The notes: a model not told the origin generated them from the sequence alone. A stretch of 64,000 nucleotides of DNA from a virus (IMGVR_UViG_3300044641_007277:1666-65665); one strand, 5' to 3'; positions 36,375 to 46,620 are shown, counted from the stretch's first letter. Made by a program: numbers and translations.

Positions 36375-39106
36375 TTCTTAGAAACTTTTATTAAATCGCT
36401 TTTAGGAACGAAATCAAACATTCCTTCAAATTCAATTTCAACAGCTTCATCGCCACTCGCCATTTCAAACTTTTCTTCATCTACAAAAACTTCTTTATTA
36501 ACCAAGTCTCCGTTATGCATACCTGTTACAACAACTGAAATTTTGTTGATTGGTTCTTCTGTTGAAACTTCAACTTCAGGTTCTTCGCTATACAATTTAA
36601 ATTTAGAGGTTACAAATGGAGATTTCATTTTAGATTCTTCCTCAATTTCTTCACCTTTAATTTCTGTTTCTTGGTCTAATTCTGTATCCATAAATTTTTC
36701 AGGATGAGATTCGGTTGGAGAATATTCAGGTTCCCATTCTTTATCTTCTTCTTCAGGTGAATATTTATATGGATCTTTTACCAATGTATCTTCAAGATAT
36801 TTCTTGAAACTATGAGGAACTGATGACCACTTTTGAGCAATTTCCATATCTTTCATAGTTGGTTCTTCATTAGTATAGTCAGGGTTTTCATCAATAGTGA
36901 TGTCATCAATAATATCAATATCATCAATAACTTCTGCATTATTAGATTCTAATGGTTGCTCACTCATATTTGGCTGGCTTCCCATTTCTATACCCATCAT
37001 ATAATTTTCTTCGCCTTGTGATTCGATTTCAGATTCTTTTGATTTAAGATTTGAAAATTCTTCTTCTGATTGTTGACCATTTTGTAACATAATGATTGCA
37101 ATGTGTCTAATAGAATCTATCGCTGTAATTTTACCTATACCTTTACCCATAACTACCACAGTTTCACCAACTTGGAAATCTCTCTTAGGTAACTCTTGAA
37201 CATAGGTAGAAGATGTCTTTTTCTTCAAATTTTTTAACTCTTCCATATTTTCTGTATATTCCTCTTCATCTTGGATTTCTTCTTGTGAAGCCAATCTTAA
37301 TTGAGGAAACTCAAATTTGGATTGCTTACCATTATTGAATATAACAGTAGCGATTTTTTGAGAAGCATCAATTGCTGTAATTTTACCTACACCCATTTCT
37401 GCTGTTTCTACTGAATCACCGATATTAAAAAGTCTTTCAGGTGTTTCTTGAACAAATGCTGAAACTCCTTTAGAACCTTTTGTTTTTTTAGATTCTGTTA
37501 CGAAATCATCAACTTCATAACCAAAATCCTCTATTTCTCCATCATCATAGAATTCGTCTTCTTCTGTTTCAAATTCTTCTCTTTCATACTGCTTCAAAGA
37601 ATTTAATGCACTTGTCTTTTCTGCATATTCAGATTTAAGTTTATTAATTTCTCGTTTGAGTTCCTTCTTGAGTGTGAAAATTTCTTCTGAACCAGAAAGG
37701 AGAATGTCTTGCTGTGCTTCTTCAATTTTTTGAATATTTTCTTTATATTCTTCTATTCTATTGAGAATAACTCTTCTTTCGCTTTCAATTTGCTTGATTT
37801 TTTGCTCTTCAACAGCCAAGAAATCGTGCATACTTTCAGAAATATCATAGTTCAAGAATTCAAGTACGAGGTCTCTTGCTTGAGTACCATTCATAGAAGA
37901 AAATACTTTATTTTCATTCATATATGGGTTACTCTTAATAACTGTTACTGAATCACCTAAACGGATAACACTCGCTTTGATACTTGTGTGTTTTTTAGAA
38001 ACAATAGTTTTTGCAAAATCAATTTCACAAAGAGTATCAATGTTTTCAAAAATAAGATTAAAATTGTTCAGGTCATCTTGTTGATTCCAACGGAAAATAC
38101 CTGATTCCAATAATTGTCTATTTACTTCTTCAAGTTTTGTTGAACTACCATTTAAATTGATAGATTTATCAGAAAGATTAATACTAATCTTATTATTTCC
38201 ATAACGATATGTAAGTGTTTCTTTATCAATACTTACATTTTCTTCATTCAATATATTATTGAGAGTTACAAAACTATCATTAATTCTTGCCATTGCATCA
38301 ATATCGATAGGAGTAACTTGTTCGTTAATTTTCTTAAAATAATGATTATCTACAACAAAGTAATCAGCGTTCTTTTCTACTAAAACAAAAGAATATACTG
38401 AATTTACTGAACATTCTGTTGAACCATTAGTAATATTGAATTTAGAAGTATTTGTATTAGATTCAAATGTTTTCAAAACATTTTGAAGATTGCGAATAAC
38501 TGGCTCATAAGCATATGTTTCCATTTCTGCAATCAATCCTGAACGATTCGCATCTGACTTATTTTCCAAATAAGAATGCATACTTTCAAGAAGTGGCTTG
38601 TAAAACTTTGATGAACGAGAATTTTCTAACAAATGTATTGTATTTGCAACTGCAATTTCTTCTGCCATCATAGTTTGCATTTTAGAAACTACTTGTACTG
38701 CCTCATTGATAGAAGGATCAAAGCAAAATGGCTTCATTTGACCAATAAATTGCTCTACAATAAGAAAATCAGGTGTATTAGTAAGTTTAGACTTCTCATA
38801 CCACTCACTCACATATTGTATTCTTGGATTATGTTCCCATACTCCTGTATATTTAATTCTATCAAGAGCACGAGAAATTCCCATATCATCAAGACGAGAA
38901 ATGTGCTTTTCTGTTTCTAAAAACTTCTCAACAAGAGAATCTTTCTTTTTGAAATTATTAAGACGTTCTCTTGTAATTGAACTGAGTTTTTGCTCGGAAA
39001 CATTTCCAGCAAATTCAAGGATGTTTTCTAACACTTCACGAACCTCTACATCCGAAGTTTGGTTCTTTAGTTTTTCAATTCTATTCTTTAAGGAAGACAT
39101 CGTCAT
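36371..39106 (-). CDS. Large acidic protein with coiled coil and two SH3/KOW-like repeats; probable head/core protein
   Basis: 911 aa; GATATATA at 39148-39155; repeats FNIGDSV..GVGKITAID and FQVGETV..GIGKITAID. Confidence 0.7.
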   Translation of the reverse strand: MTMSSLKNRIEKLKNQTSDVEVREVLENILEFAGNVSEQKLSSITRERLNNFKKKDSLVEKFLETEKHISRLDDMGISRALDRIKYTGVWEHNPRIQYVSEWYEKSKLTNTPDFLIVEQFIGQMKPFCFDPSINEAVQVVSKMQTMMAEEIAVANTIHLLENSRSSKFYKPLLESMHSYLENKSDANRSGLIAEMETYAYEPVIRNLQNVLKTFESNTNTSKFNITNGSTECSVNSVYSFVLVEKNADYFVVDNHYFKKINEQVTPIDIDAMARINDSFVTLNNILNEENVSIDKETLTYRYGNNKISINLSDKSINLNGSSTKLEEVNRQLLESGIFRWNQQDDLNNFNLIFENIDTLCEIDFAKTIVSKKHTSIKASVIRLGDSVTVIKSNPYMNENKVFSSMNGTQARDLVLEFLNYDISESMHDFLAVEEQKIKQIESERRVILNRIEEYKENIQKIEEAQQDILLSGSEEIFTLKKELKREINKLKSEYAEKTSALNSLKQYEREEFETEEDEFYDDGEIEDFGYEVDDFVTESKKTKGSKGVSAFVQETPERLFNIGDSVETAEMGVGKITAIDASQKIATVIFNNGKQSKFEFPQLRLASQEEIQDEEEYTENMEELKNLKKKTSSTYVQELPKRDFQVGETVVVMGKGIGKITAIDSIRHIAIIMLQNGQQSEEEFSNLKSKESEIESQGEENYMMGIEMGSQPNMSEQPLESNNAEVIDDIDIIDDITIDENPDYTNEEPTMKDMEIAQKWSSVPHSFKKYLEDTLVKDPYKYSPEEEDKEWEPEYSPTESHPEKFMDTELDQETEIKGEEIEEESKMKSPFVTSKFKLYSEEPEVEVSTEEPINKISVVVTGMHNGDLVNKEVFVDEEKFEMASGDEAVEIEFEGMFDFVPKSDLIKVSKK

Positions 39107-39173
39107 ATCCTTTTATTTTTAATATACAAAAGTATAGGTTTAATTACTATATATCAATAATTAAAATGTTTTT

Positions 39174-40058
39174 TTATGATTCTGTATCATTATTTTGCGT
39201 AATATTTTCTAAACCTACCTGATTCGCTAAATTTAGACTATTAATCGCCGCCCCATTTTTTATCTGAATATTAACTTTATCATCTATAAACACAATATTT
39301 CCTTCTGCATCACGAGTGATGGCATCCGATGAAACAAAATCAAGAATTTGATTTCCTTTGAAAAATTGCGTGTTTTTATCAAATATTGGAAAATATGTTT
39401 CCAATTCAAGATTAAACTTCAAATTGATATTTACATTTTGGGATGTAACTGAACCAAAAGACCACTGATATAACTTTTCTGAAGGAAAATCAGCAGGGAA
39501 TCCGATTTGAAAAGGAATCCTTACATAATTCCAACGCACTGATGAAGCAATAGTTGGCCAAAAGACCTCAATTAGTTTTTCCCATATTTTCCATGAATCT
39601 TCTTGGGTATCAGATTGTATTTCAATCTCAAATGCCATTTTAAGAGGAATTGAATGTAATTTGGCACTATATGTAAGAAGTTGGTCATTTTCATCTTCTT
39701 TAACAAACTCACCTCTTACGAGATAATTAGTCATAGATGAGGTATTAATATTGACACTATTCATTTTCACCATACCTCTTGGCAAAACATCTATATTACC
39801 ATCAACCTTCTTAGGTTGAACACAATCGTTCCATTGAATATAGAAATCCTGCAAAGTCCTTTCATCACCAGTCAATGAATAATAAAAAGGAACATAGTGC
39901 GTTTTGGTTTCAGTATCTGAAAGTCGGTAGGTAAGGAAAACTCTGTCATTCAGGATATTTATGACACCTGCTATAACAGTTCTGATAAAGATATTATCGT
40001 AGTTGTATTTATGATTAACCCCATCAATCGCTTGAACTGGCGTAGGAACTCCACTCAT
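39174..40058 (-). CDS. gp15: Tail sheath stabiliser/completion protein (T4 gp15-like)
   Basis: IRTVI....LN, VPFYY, LPRG, IPLKMAFEIEI...EDSWKIWEKL..F.P pattern. Confidence 0.78.
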   Translation of the reverse strand: MSGVPTPVQAIDGVNHKYNYDNIFIRTVIAGVINILNDRVFLTYRLSDTETKTHYVPFYYSLTGDERTLQDFYIQWNDCVQPKKVDGNIDVLPRGMVKMNSVNINTSSMTNYLVRGEFVKEDENDQLLTYSAKLHSIPLKMAFEIEIQSDTQEDSWKIWEKLIEVFWPTIASSVRWNYVRIPFQIGFPADFPSEKLYQWSFGSVTSQNVNINLKFNLELETYFPIFDKNTQFFKGNQILDFVSSDAITRDAEGNIVFIDDKVNIQIKNGAAINSLNLANQVGLENITQNNDTES

Positions 40059-40067
40059 AGTAGATTT

Positions 40068-40325
40068 TTATTTTTGCATCTTCACATCAACACGAGATTC
40101 ACTCAAAAGTATATTCAAAGATTTTTCTTCATAGTTTATGATAATTCTATCAACTTTGTAATATATTTTTTTGAATAGTATTATGTCTCCCAATCGAGGA
40201 AGAAAGTCATTATCTTTTATATATCCCGAAAGTTCTTTGTCATCTGAATATGATATCTTTCCAAAGTCATCTACACTTTTTAAGATATACACTTCTACAT
40301 CAAACTTGCTTTTTTTATTAAACAT
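40068..40325 (-). CDS. Hypothetical protein
   Basis: 85 aa; LPRLGDII...YYKV small beta-barrel-like motif. Confidence 0.6.
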   Translation of the reverse strand: MFNKKSKFDVEVYILKSVDDFGKISYSDDKELSGYIKDNDFLPRLGDIILFKKIYYKVDRIIINYEEKSLNILLSESRVDVKMQK

Positions 40326-40329
40326 AACT

Positions 40330-42000
40330 TTATATACATTTTTCTACAATCAGATTTGAAAAGTTATCTTTCAAAGCCGTTGAGATAGTCCAATCAAATA
40401 ATTCAGTTGGAAGTGGAGCATGATTAATAACCATAATATTCATATTATACTCTTTGGCTATTTTACGCAAAATATGAACAATCCTTGATATGTTATTCGG
40501 ATCAAGAGAACTGAATATCTCATCCAAGAATAAAATATTAAGTGTAGGGAATTTTAATTTAAGCATTTTAATAATTGCAAGAAGAACAGCAAAATCAAGC
40601 ATCTTTAATTGACCTGTTGAAAGTTCTTCTGTGCTTATTTCATATCCAAGTTGAGTAAGTTTAGCATCAAACTGACCATCAAATTGAACTTTGAAGGGAA
40701 GTTCAAGTTGTGCAAGAATACTATTAATTTGAGTATTCATAGGTTTGACAATATGTTCCATAACAGATTTTTTCAATCCATTATCACCAAGAACTTCTTC
40801 AGCCAACCGATTAATACCATCTTTTTTCATCAACTCTCTTCTTTGCTCTTGAAGTTCATCTAACTTTGTAGAGTTTTGTTCAATGATTCTTCTTATACCT
40901 TCTGTTTGCTGATTTATTTTAACAGATTCAGCTTCCTTTATCATTGAAGTAATCGTTCTTGATTTTGATTCTATATCAAGTAATCTTGATTCACATTCCT
41001 TGAGTGCAGTTTTTGCTTTCTGCATTCTATCATCAAGTTGAATAGTTTTTTCTTGAATCTCTTGAAGTTGAAGTCTATAACTTTCTTCTTCACTTAGAAT
41101 TTCCTCAAACTTATGTTTATGCTCGTCAGTAGTTAAAGCAGAACCACAAGTTGGACATTTATCAGATTCATAGAGTTTTTTCTGTTTGGCAATAGAATTT
41201 AAGTTAGATACAAGTTCTTGTTTATTTTTAATAATTTTTCTTTCAAATTCTTCTAACTTTTGTTTTGAATCCGATGCCTTTAATTTCTTTTCATTTAATG
41301 GTTCCTTTTTACTAATCAATTCGTTGTATTTTTCTTTTAAAGCAACAATCTTTTCACTATTGTCTTCTTCCACTTTACTTTCAACAAGAATTAATTCTTC
41401 ATTAGCTTTATTAATACTATCCTCAACGAAACGGATATTATCTTCATATTTGGCAAGAGCACCCTTTGTTTCGTTGATTTCTTGTCTAATCAATTTTAAC
41501 ATTTTATTTATAGACTCTAAGCCAAATATTTTATCAACAATATCCTTTTTATCGCTTGGACTCATCTTTAAGAATGATTTGAAATCATTAATAGAAAGAC
41601 TTACAGAATTATTAAAGATATTTTGAGGAATTCCTATAAGATTTTCTTCAAGATATTCTTGAACATTCTTTACACCTGCTTGTTTATATTCATTACCAGC
41701 AACTTTAAGAGTAAAGTTATTAGGAAGAAATGTTCTATCTACATTTATAGTTCCCAATCTTGTTTCAAATTGAATACTCACTTCACCAGATTTATTGATG
41801 CGATTTACACATTTAGAAATAGTTTTACCTTGTACTTTACCGTATAAGCCAAGTTTTAATACTTGGCTTATAGTGGACTTTCCAGTTCCATTTTCACCGC
41901 AAATTTGATATAATCCAGGATTATTTGGGTCAAATGAAATCGTTTGCCATCTGTTCCCATATGAATTGATATTCCTAAATTTAACTTGTGTGAGTTGCAT
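40330..42000 (-). CDS. gp46: Recombination endonuclease ATPase subunit (T4 gp46/SbcC/Rad50)
   Basis: GENGTGKST, CPTC zinc hook, LSTGQ signature, LFLDEIFSSLD, INH. Confidence 0.95.
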   Translation of the reverse strand: MQLTQVKFRNINSYGNRWQTISFDPNNPGLYQICGENGTGKSTISQVLKLGLYGKVQGKTISKCVNRINKSGEVSIQFETRLGTINVDRTFLPNNFTLKVAGNEYKQAGVKNVQEYLEENLIGIPQNIFNNSVSLSINDFKSFLKMSPSDKKDIVDKIFGLESINKMLKLIRQEINETKGALAKYEDNIRFVEDSINKANEELILVESKVEEDNSEKIVALKEKYNELISKKEPLNEKKLKASDSKQKLEEFERKIIKNKQELVSNLNSIAKQKKLYESDKCPTCGSALTTDEHKHKFEEILSEEESYRLQLQEIQEKTIQLDDRMQKAKTALKECESRLLDIESKSRTITSMIKEAESVKINQQTEGIRRIIEQNSTKLDELQEQRRELMKKDGINRLAEEVLGDNGLKKSVMEHIVKPMNTQINSILAQLELPFKVQFDGQFDAKLTQLGYEISTEELSTGQLKMLDFAVLLAIIKMLKLKFPTLNILFLDEIFSSLDPNNISRIVHILRKIAKEYNMNIMVINHAPLPTELFDWTISTALKDNFSNLIVEKCI

Positions 42001-42026
42001 AAGTAACTATCCTAAAATGGAGCATC

Positions 42027-43922
42027 TTAAAATAAAGTAATTTTCTTAAAATCAAAACCTAAACCAAATTCTGCTTGATGACCAAGAATAATACCTGGTT
42101 GTGAGTTTTGAGCAAATTCAGTAATTGAATATGTATCTGCTGAACAAACAGAAGGTAAAGTCATACTGATAAAGTTTGTACCTTCTTTACATTCAAGGTG
42201 ATGATAATGACCTTTCAATACAAGGTGATAATGCTTTTTACCATCACCAAATAAATTGACAAGTTCTTCACCTTTTTTCTTTGCCAAATTAGCATCACCA
42301 TGATGAGAAATAATACAAATATTTTCTCTCGTCTGATTAATTATACCTTCTTCTGCCAAAATAACACTTATCTTGTCTTTCCATTCTCTTTTGATAAATC
42401 TATAAATGATTTTTGCAGCTGTTCTATTTTTGTCGTCATGTCTTTGAGAACCTATTCTGTCGTGATTTCCTTCTAATCCGAGAAGTTCTATAGATTTGAA
42501 ATTAGTATTCTCTAAGATAGTTGAGAATAGCATATGAAACAAATCAACAGTATACATAATTTGATCATCTTGGAATAAATCCATGTATTTATGAATACCA
42601 TGATGCAATCCATCTTCTTGAATAGATTCGGTTAAATCTCCACCACAAAGAATGGTTAAATGTTCATATTTATCAGCTTCTCTACAAATATGAAATGCAA
42701 TTTGTTCAAATCTTTCTTTTGCTATTTCTTTGCTAAATCCTCTTCCATAAATAGGATTTTCATAAAATTTACCAATGTGTAAATCACTCATAAAACAATA
42801 TAAACGAGTGTGTTTATCTTTTGATTTTGAGTTAGAGGTATCTATTGATGAAAATTTTATAGTTTCTGTAGAGCGTGGACGATTTTCTTCAAAATACTTA
42901 TTAAGTAAATTTTCAATCCACTTCTGTTCATCTTGAATAACAAGAAGATTTTTTTGAGTATCTTTAAATCGCTTTTCATAATATTCGGACTTCTTCTCAA
43001 CCATTCTTTTCATACCAGCAGATTCTTTCGCCTTTAAAGCAAATTCTGCCAATTGTTCTTCAGTATGACTTTCAACAATATGAAGTGGGAAGAGTTTATC
43101 CTTTGTAATATTAAAGCATCGCAAAATCTTTTTTAATTCTGAAAAAGTCAAATAAGGAAAATCTTGACTAATAGTGTTTTGCGTCACATATGGATATTTT
43201 CTATAAATTTCTTCCATCTGTGAAGGTGAAAGAGTACCTCTAAACGGAGGGTTGTCTCTTACAAGAATATTATAGTTATATCGTGTAATATTACCATAAT
43301 CATCTCTATCTACCCACCATTTAGAACGATCATCATATTCATCGTTCATATCTTTAATGTTTTTAGCATCATTTAACAAAGAAAATAGAGGATCATCGAT
43401 TGATGAAGAGTTATCACTATTTTTTACGCTTGATGCTGAATACATATAATTTGGATCGTATTCTCCACCCATTTCAAAAAATATACGAGTATAATTTCTC
43501 GCAGTCCTCTGAGAGAATGGTAAGCTCGTTTCTATGAAACGAAGATATGAACCATCTGGAAGAATGTTTTTTAGTATTACTAAAAGTTCTCCAATACGAT
43601 ATGATCTCTTTTTATCAGTATCAATTACTTTAATACTAGATATTTTAGTAATCTCTTCTACAATTGATTCAATTTGATTCGTATCGTAGACATCATCTAC
43701 TCCTGTTGGATAATTACATTCTTTCAAAGAATTTTGATATCGTTCCCAATCTGCTTTTGATATTCTATCTTTAGAATATGCTGCTTCAATTTTAGATTGT
43801 AAATCAATCCACCATTCTTCACTATATCCATAGTGACGCATAGATTGATTAAATGTGATACTATTTTCGATTGCATAATCAATAATATCAAGAACGATTT
43901 GGAATTGGCGTAAATCTAACAT
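42027..43922 (-). CDS. Multidomain protein: DUF3102-like segment plus C-terminal calcineurin-like metallophosphoesterase
   Basis: IGELL..LK..LPDG.Y..F....PFSQRTARNY; SDLHIG, GGDLTE, GNHDR, HHGD, GHYHH. Confidence 0.8.
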   Translation of the reverse strand: MLDLRQFQIVLDIIDYAIENSITFNQSMRHYGYSEEWWIDLQSKIEAAYSKDRISKADWERYQNSLKECNYPTGVDDVYDTNQIESIVEEITKISSIKVIDTDKKRSYRIGELLVILKNILPDGSYLRFIETSLPFSQRTARNYTRIFFEMGGEYDPNYMYSASSVKNSDNSSSIDDPLFSLLNDAKNIKDMNDEYDDRSKWWVDRDDYGNITRYNYNILVRDNPPFRGTLSPSQMEEIYRKYPYVTQNTISQDFPYLTFSELKKILRCFNITKDKLFPLHIVESHTEEQLAEFALKAKESAGMKRMVEKKSEYYEKRFKDTQKNLLVIQDEQKWIENLLNKYFEENRPRSTETIKFSSIDTSNSKSKDKHTRLYCFMSDLHIGKFYENPIYGRGFSKEIAKERFEQIAFHICREADKYEHLTILCGGDLTESIQEDGLHHGIHKYMDLFQDDQIMYTVDLFHMLFSTILENTNFKSIELLGLEGNHDRIGSQRHDDKNRTAAKIIYRFIKREWKDKISVILAEEGIINQTRENICIISHHGDANLAKKKGEELVNLFGDGKKHYHLVLKGHYHHLECKEGTNFISMTLPSVCSADTYSITEFAQNSQPGIILGHQAEFGLGFDFKKITLF

Positions 43923-43946
43923 AGTATAAAGTTTTTTTAGAGATGA

Positions 43947-45053
43947 TTACTCATCTTCGTTAATAATATCAAAAAGCGATTGTATTTTAGTTTCTACTTT
44001 GCTTTTTGTTTCTTCATCATATTCTAATGTTGTTATGAGTTCTCTTGATAAAGTTAGAATGTCAAATTTAGGGGTTGCCTCATCAACAAAATCTATGTCA
44101 AAAGATTCATTTAAATTGAGTGTTTCATCGTCATCAATTTCTTGTATTTCGATAGAACGCTGTGTATTTAGGGATTGAACAAATCCTGATATGTCTAATT
44201 CTTCTAGCCACTTTCTTGTAACTTTCAAATCTACAAATTTATTTTGAAATATTCTCAAAATTTCTGTTCTCGGAAGTTCAAGTATAGATTCAAAGTTTGC
44301 AGATAAAAATTCTGGTGAATGAGTATTTTCAAAAAATGTTTCTTCTTTAGATTCTAAATCTAAAAGATATACTCCCTTTTTATTACCTAAATCACTCCTC
44401 GTCATTTGATAAGGACTACCAATGAGAGTAATAAAATCATTGACTTTTTGTCTATAATGAATATGCCCACCATAAACTCTTTTATGTCTTCTATACGATT
44501 CGGGATTATTACCATGCTCTACTTTAGCCTTACTATTAAAACGAGCTTCTCGTATATCAGTATGGACAAAAAGAACATCTGAAGATGTTGATTCTAAAAA
44601 TTCCTTTTCTTCTTCGGAGTTCATACCCCAAGGAAATATCAACAAATTACCATGATTTGTTTTAATTGTACATGGTTCATTATAAACATAAGTATTTGAA
44701 ATACCTGAAAGGCAAGTTAAGGAGTGTACTTTAGCTGAATCTTTTGTCCAGCAATCATGGTTTCCAGTCATTACATAAACCCCTGTATCTTTGAAAATTT
44801 CAGCAAGTTCTCTGAAAATCTCTATACAAGTATTCATAACAAGAATATTAATTGATTGCCTTGAATCAAATATATCACCTAAAATAAAACAAGCATCCCC
44901 ATCTTTTTTGAGTTGTTTTACAAGAGGAAAAAAATAATTATAGAAGTAATCTTTCTGGATATTTAACCATTCAGGAGAATTAGCCCTTACTCCAAAATGA
45001 AGATCTGAAATCATAAATAAGCGTTGGATATTCTTATTGTCTGATGTAATCAC
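43947..45053 (-). CDS. gp47: Recombination endonuclease nuclease subunit (T4 gp47/SbcD/Mre11)
   Basis: SDLHFG, LGDIFDSR, GNHD, GHIH, GSPYQ; GTG start. Confidence 0.93.
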   Translation of the reverse strand: MITSDNKNIQRLFMISDLHFGVRANSPEWLNIQKDYFYNYFFPLVKQLKKDGDACFILGDIFDSRQSINILVMNTCIEIFRELAEIFKDTGVYVMTGNHDCWTKDSAKVHSLTCLSGISNTYVYNEPCTIKTNHGNLLIFPWGMNSEEEKEFLESTSSDVLFVHTDIREARFNSKAKVEHGNNPESYRRHKRVYGGHIHYRQKVNDFITLIGSPYQMTRSDLGNKKGVYLLDLESKEETFFENTHSPEFLSANFESILELPRTEILRIFQNKFVDLKVTRKWLEELDISGFVQSLNTQRSIEIQEIDDDETLNLNESFDIDFVDEATPKFDILTLSRELITTLEYDEETKSKVETKIQSLFDIINEDE

Positions 45054-45079
45054 AAAAAATACCTATGATAAGTGGGAAA

Positions 45080-45457
45080 TTAACGAATAGCAACATTAGT
45101 AATAAAATCAACACAACATCTATAAACAGACTCTAAACGAGAATCCCCACCGAACTGACATAATATTTTTGGTTCAATGGTGTTATCTGTTTTTTGATGA
45201 AGTTCCGCTATAAAACATGAACTCCCTTTAATTACAAGTTGTACCTTTTCTATTTTTTCTATTTCGTCTACAATAAGCATCAACTGATTCCAATCTCTCT
45301 CTGGACACCAAGTTTCTGTAAGAGGAACTCCTTCAAAAGCAAGGAATGATATTCCATTTATTTCTTTTGTAGGGATATTAGAAAATTTAGATAATCTATG
45401 ATTTGAACGCTCTGCGACAAACTCAATCGGTTTTAAATAAATATCATCTCTAAACAT
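45080..45457 (-). CDS. Hypothetical phage protein (DWN.LM..V..IE motif)
   Basis: 125 aa. Confidence 0.65.
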   Translation of the reverse strand: MFRDDIYLKPIEFVAERSNHRLSKFSNIPTKEINGISFLAFEGVPLTETWCPERDWNQLMLIVDEIEKIEKVQLVIKGSSCFIAELHQKTDNTIEPKILCQFGGDSRLESVYRCCVDFITNVAIR

Positions 45458-45462
45458 ATTCT

Positions 45463-45678
45463 TTATATCAATTTATTTTGGTTATCTTCAAGAATCTTTT
45501 GAAAATCAAATGTTTGATTATCTATACATAGAACAGCATAATCATTTTGTTCAAGGTTTTCATCAAAAATCCAAGCATCTATTTCTTCATAAGAAGAAAA
45601 GACTCGATTCTTGTCTCCGTCCTTTATTATCGTTATATCACAAATATCGCAATTTATTTTCAAAATAACAAATTTCAT
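45463..45678 (-). CDS. Hypothetical protein
   Basis: 71 aa in an operon. Confidence 0.6.
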   Translation of the reverse strand: MKFVILKINCDICDITIIKDGDKNRVFSSYEEIDAWIFDENLEQNDYAVLCIDNQTFDFQKILEDNQNKLI

Positions 45679-45687
45679 AAAAAATTT

Positions 45688-46212
45688 TTATTTATCATCG
45701 CTTGGATTATTATCTACATCATCACTTGTACCATCATTTAAACCACCACTTATACCATCAATTATACCATCAATTTCATCTTCTTCATCAAACATTTCAT
45801 CTTCTAATTCTAATTCAAAGTCTTGAACTTTAGAAAACTCATATAATCCTTTGTCTATACATTCTCTTGTAAAATCATATTCAATTTGAGCTTCAGTTGG
45901 TTGATGCCAACTTGTATTTGTTATGATAGCCATAGCAGCACTAATCGGAACTTCTAAATTTACATTCTCAAAGTTACTCATTGTTGATATTTTTTCAAAC
46001 AAATCTACTAAAAAATTTTCAGCACTTGATTTCAAAGTCGCTGAATATTTGTTTTTAAGTATTATATCTCTATCTTTTATTGTATTGTCCTTTTCTGTTA
46101 TTATCTTAGGGGTAGTTATCTTTTGTAAATTTCCTTCTAATTTTATGGGCGTTTTTGACCTTTTTTCGTCATTATTGTTAAATTTACCATTATTTCCTTT
46201 ATGTTCTTTCAT
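45688..46212 (-). CDS. Hypothetical protein with acidic tail
   Basis: 174 aa; GATATATA at 46242-46249. Confidence 0.7.
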   Translation of the reverse strand: MKEHKGNNGKFNNNDEKRSKTPIKLEGNLQKITTPKIITEKDNTIKDRDIILKNKYSATLKSSAENFLVDLFEKISTMSNFENVNLEVPISAAMAIITNTSWHQPTEAQIEYDFTRECIDKGLYEFSKVQDFELELEDEMFDEEDEIDGIIDGISGGLNDGTSDDVDNNPSDDK

Positions 46213-46241
46213 AAATTTGGTGTTATGTTTAAGATATTCCT

Positions 46242-46301
46242 TATATATCCAATATAGATTTTTTTATGTTTTTGAAATTTTAATGAATTTTTTGATATAT
46301 A
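46242..46301. promoter_or_regulatory. Back-to-back GATATATA late promoters
   Basis: Minus copy 46242-46249, plus copy 46294-46301. Confidence 0.7.
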
Positions 46302-46322
46302 GAGTAAAATGACAATTATTAG

Positions 46323-46595
46323 ATGGCAAACAAAATCGTAAAAACCTTTGAAGAGTTTCTTTCTATTGAGATTGAAAATTCTGATGTCCATTTACATTTT
46401 AATGGTTCTGAAGAACCTAAAATGATTGAACCTGAAACAATGGGTACTCAAGATGAAATCATCATTGATAGTCCAACTATTGCATTGACACCTAAATCTC
46501 ACATAGAATATGGTGAAGAAGAAATGGATTCTGATGAAGAAGAGTATAAAGAAGAGGAAGAAGAAAGCGGAGAAGAAGATTCTGATGAAGAATAA
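46323..46595 (+). CDS. Highly acidic small protein with capsid-targeting-like N-terminus
   Basis: MANKIVKTFEEFL...; Glu/Asp tail ending DSDEE; own promoter motif and terminator. Confidence 0.8.
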   Translation: MANKIVKTFEEFLSIEIENSDVHLHFNGSEEPKMIEPETMGTQDEIIIDSPTIALTPKSHIEYGEEEMDSDEEEYKEEEEESGEEDSDEE

Positions 46596-46620
46596 AAAAA
46601 GCCCCATAAGGGGCTTTTTT
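46594..46620. terminator. Bidirectional intrinsic terminator
   Basis: AAAAAAGCCCC-ataa-GGGGCTTTTTT. Confidence 0.88.
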
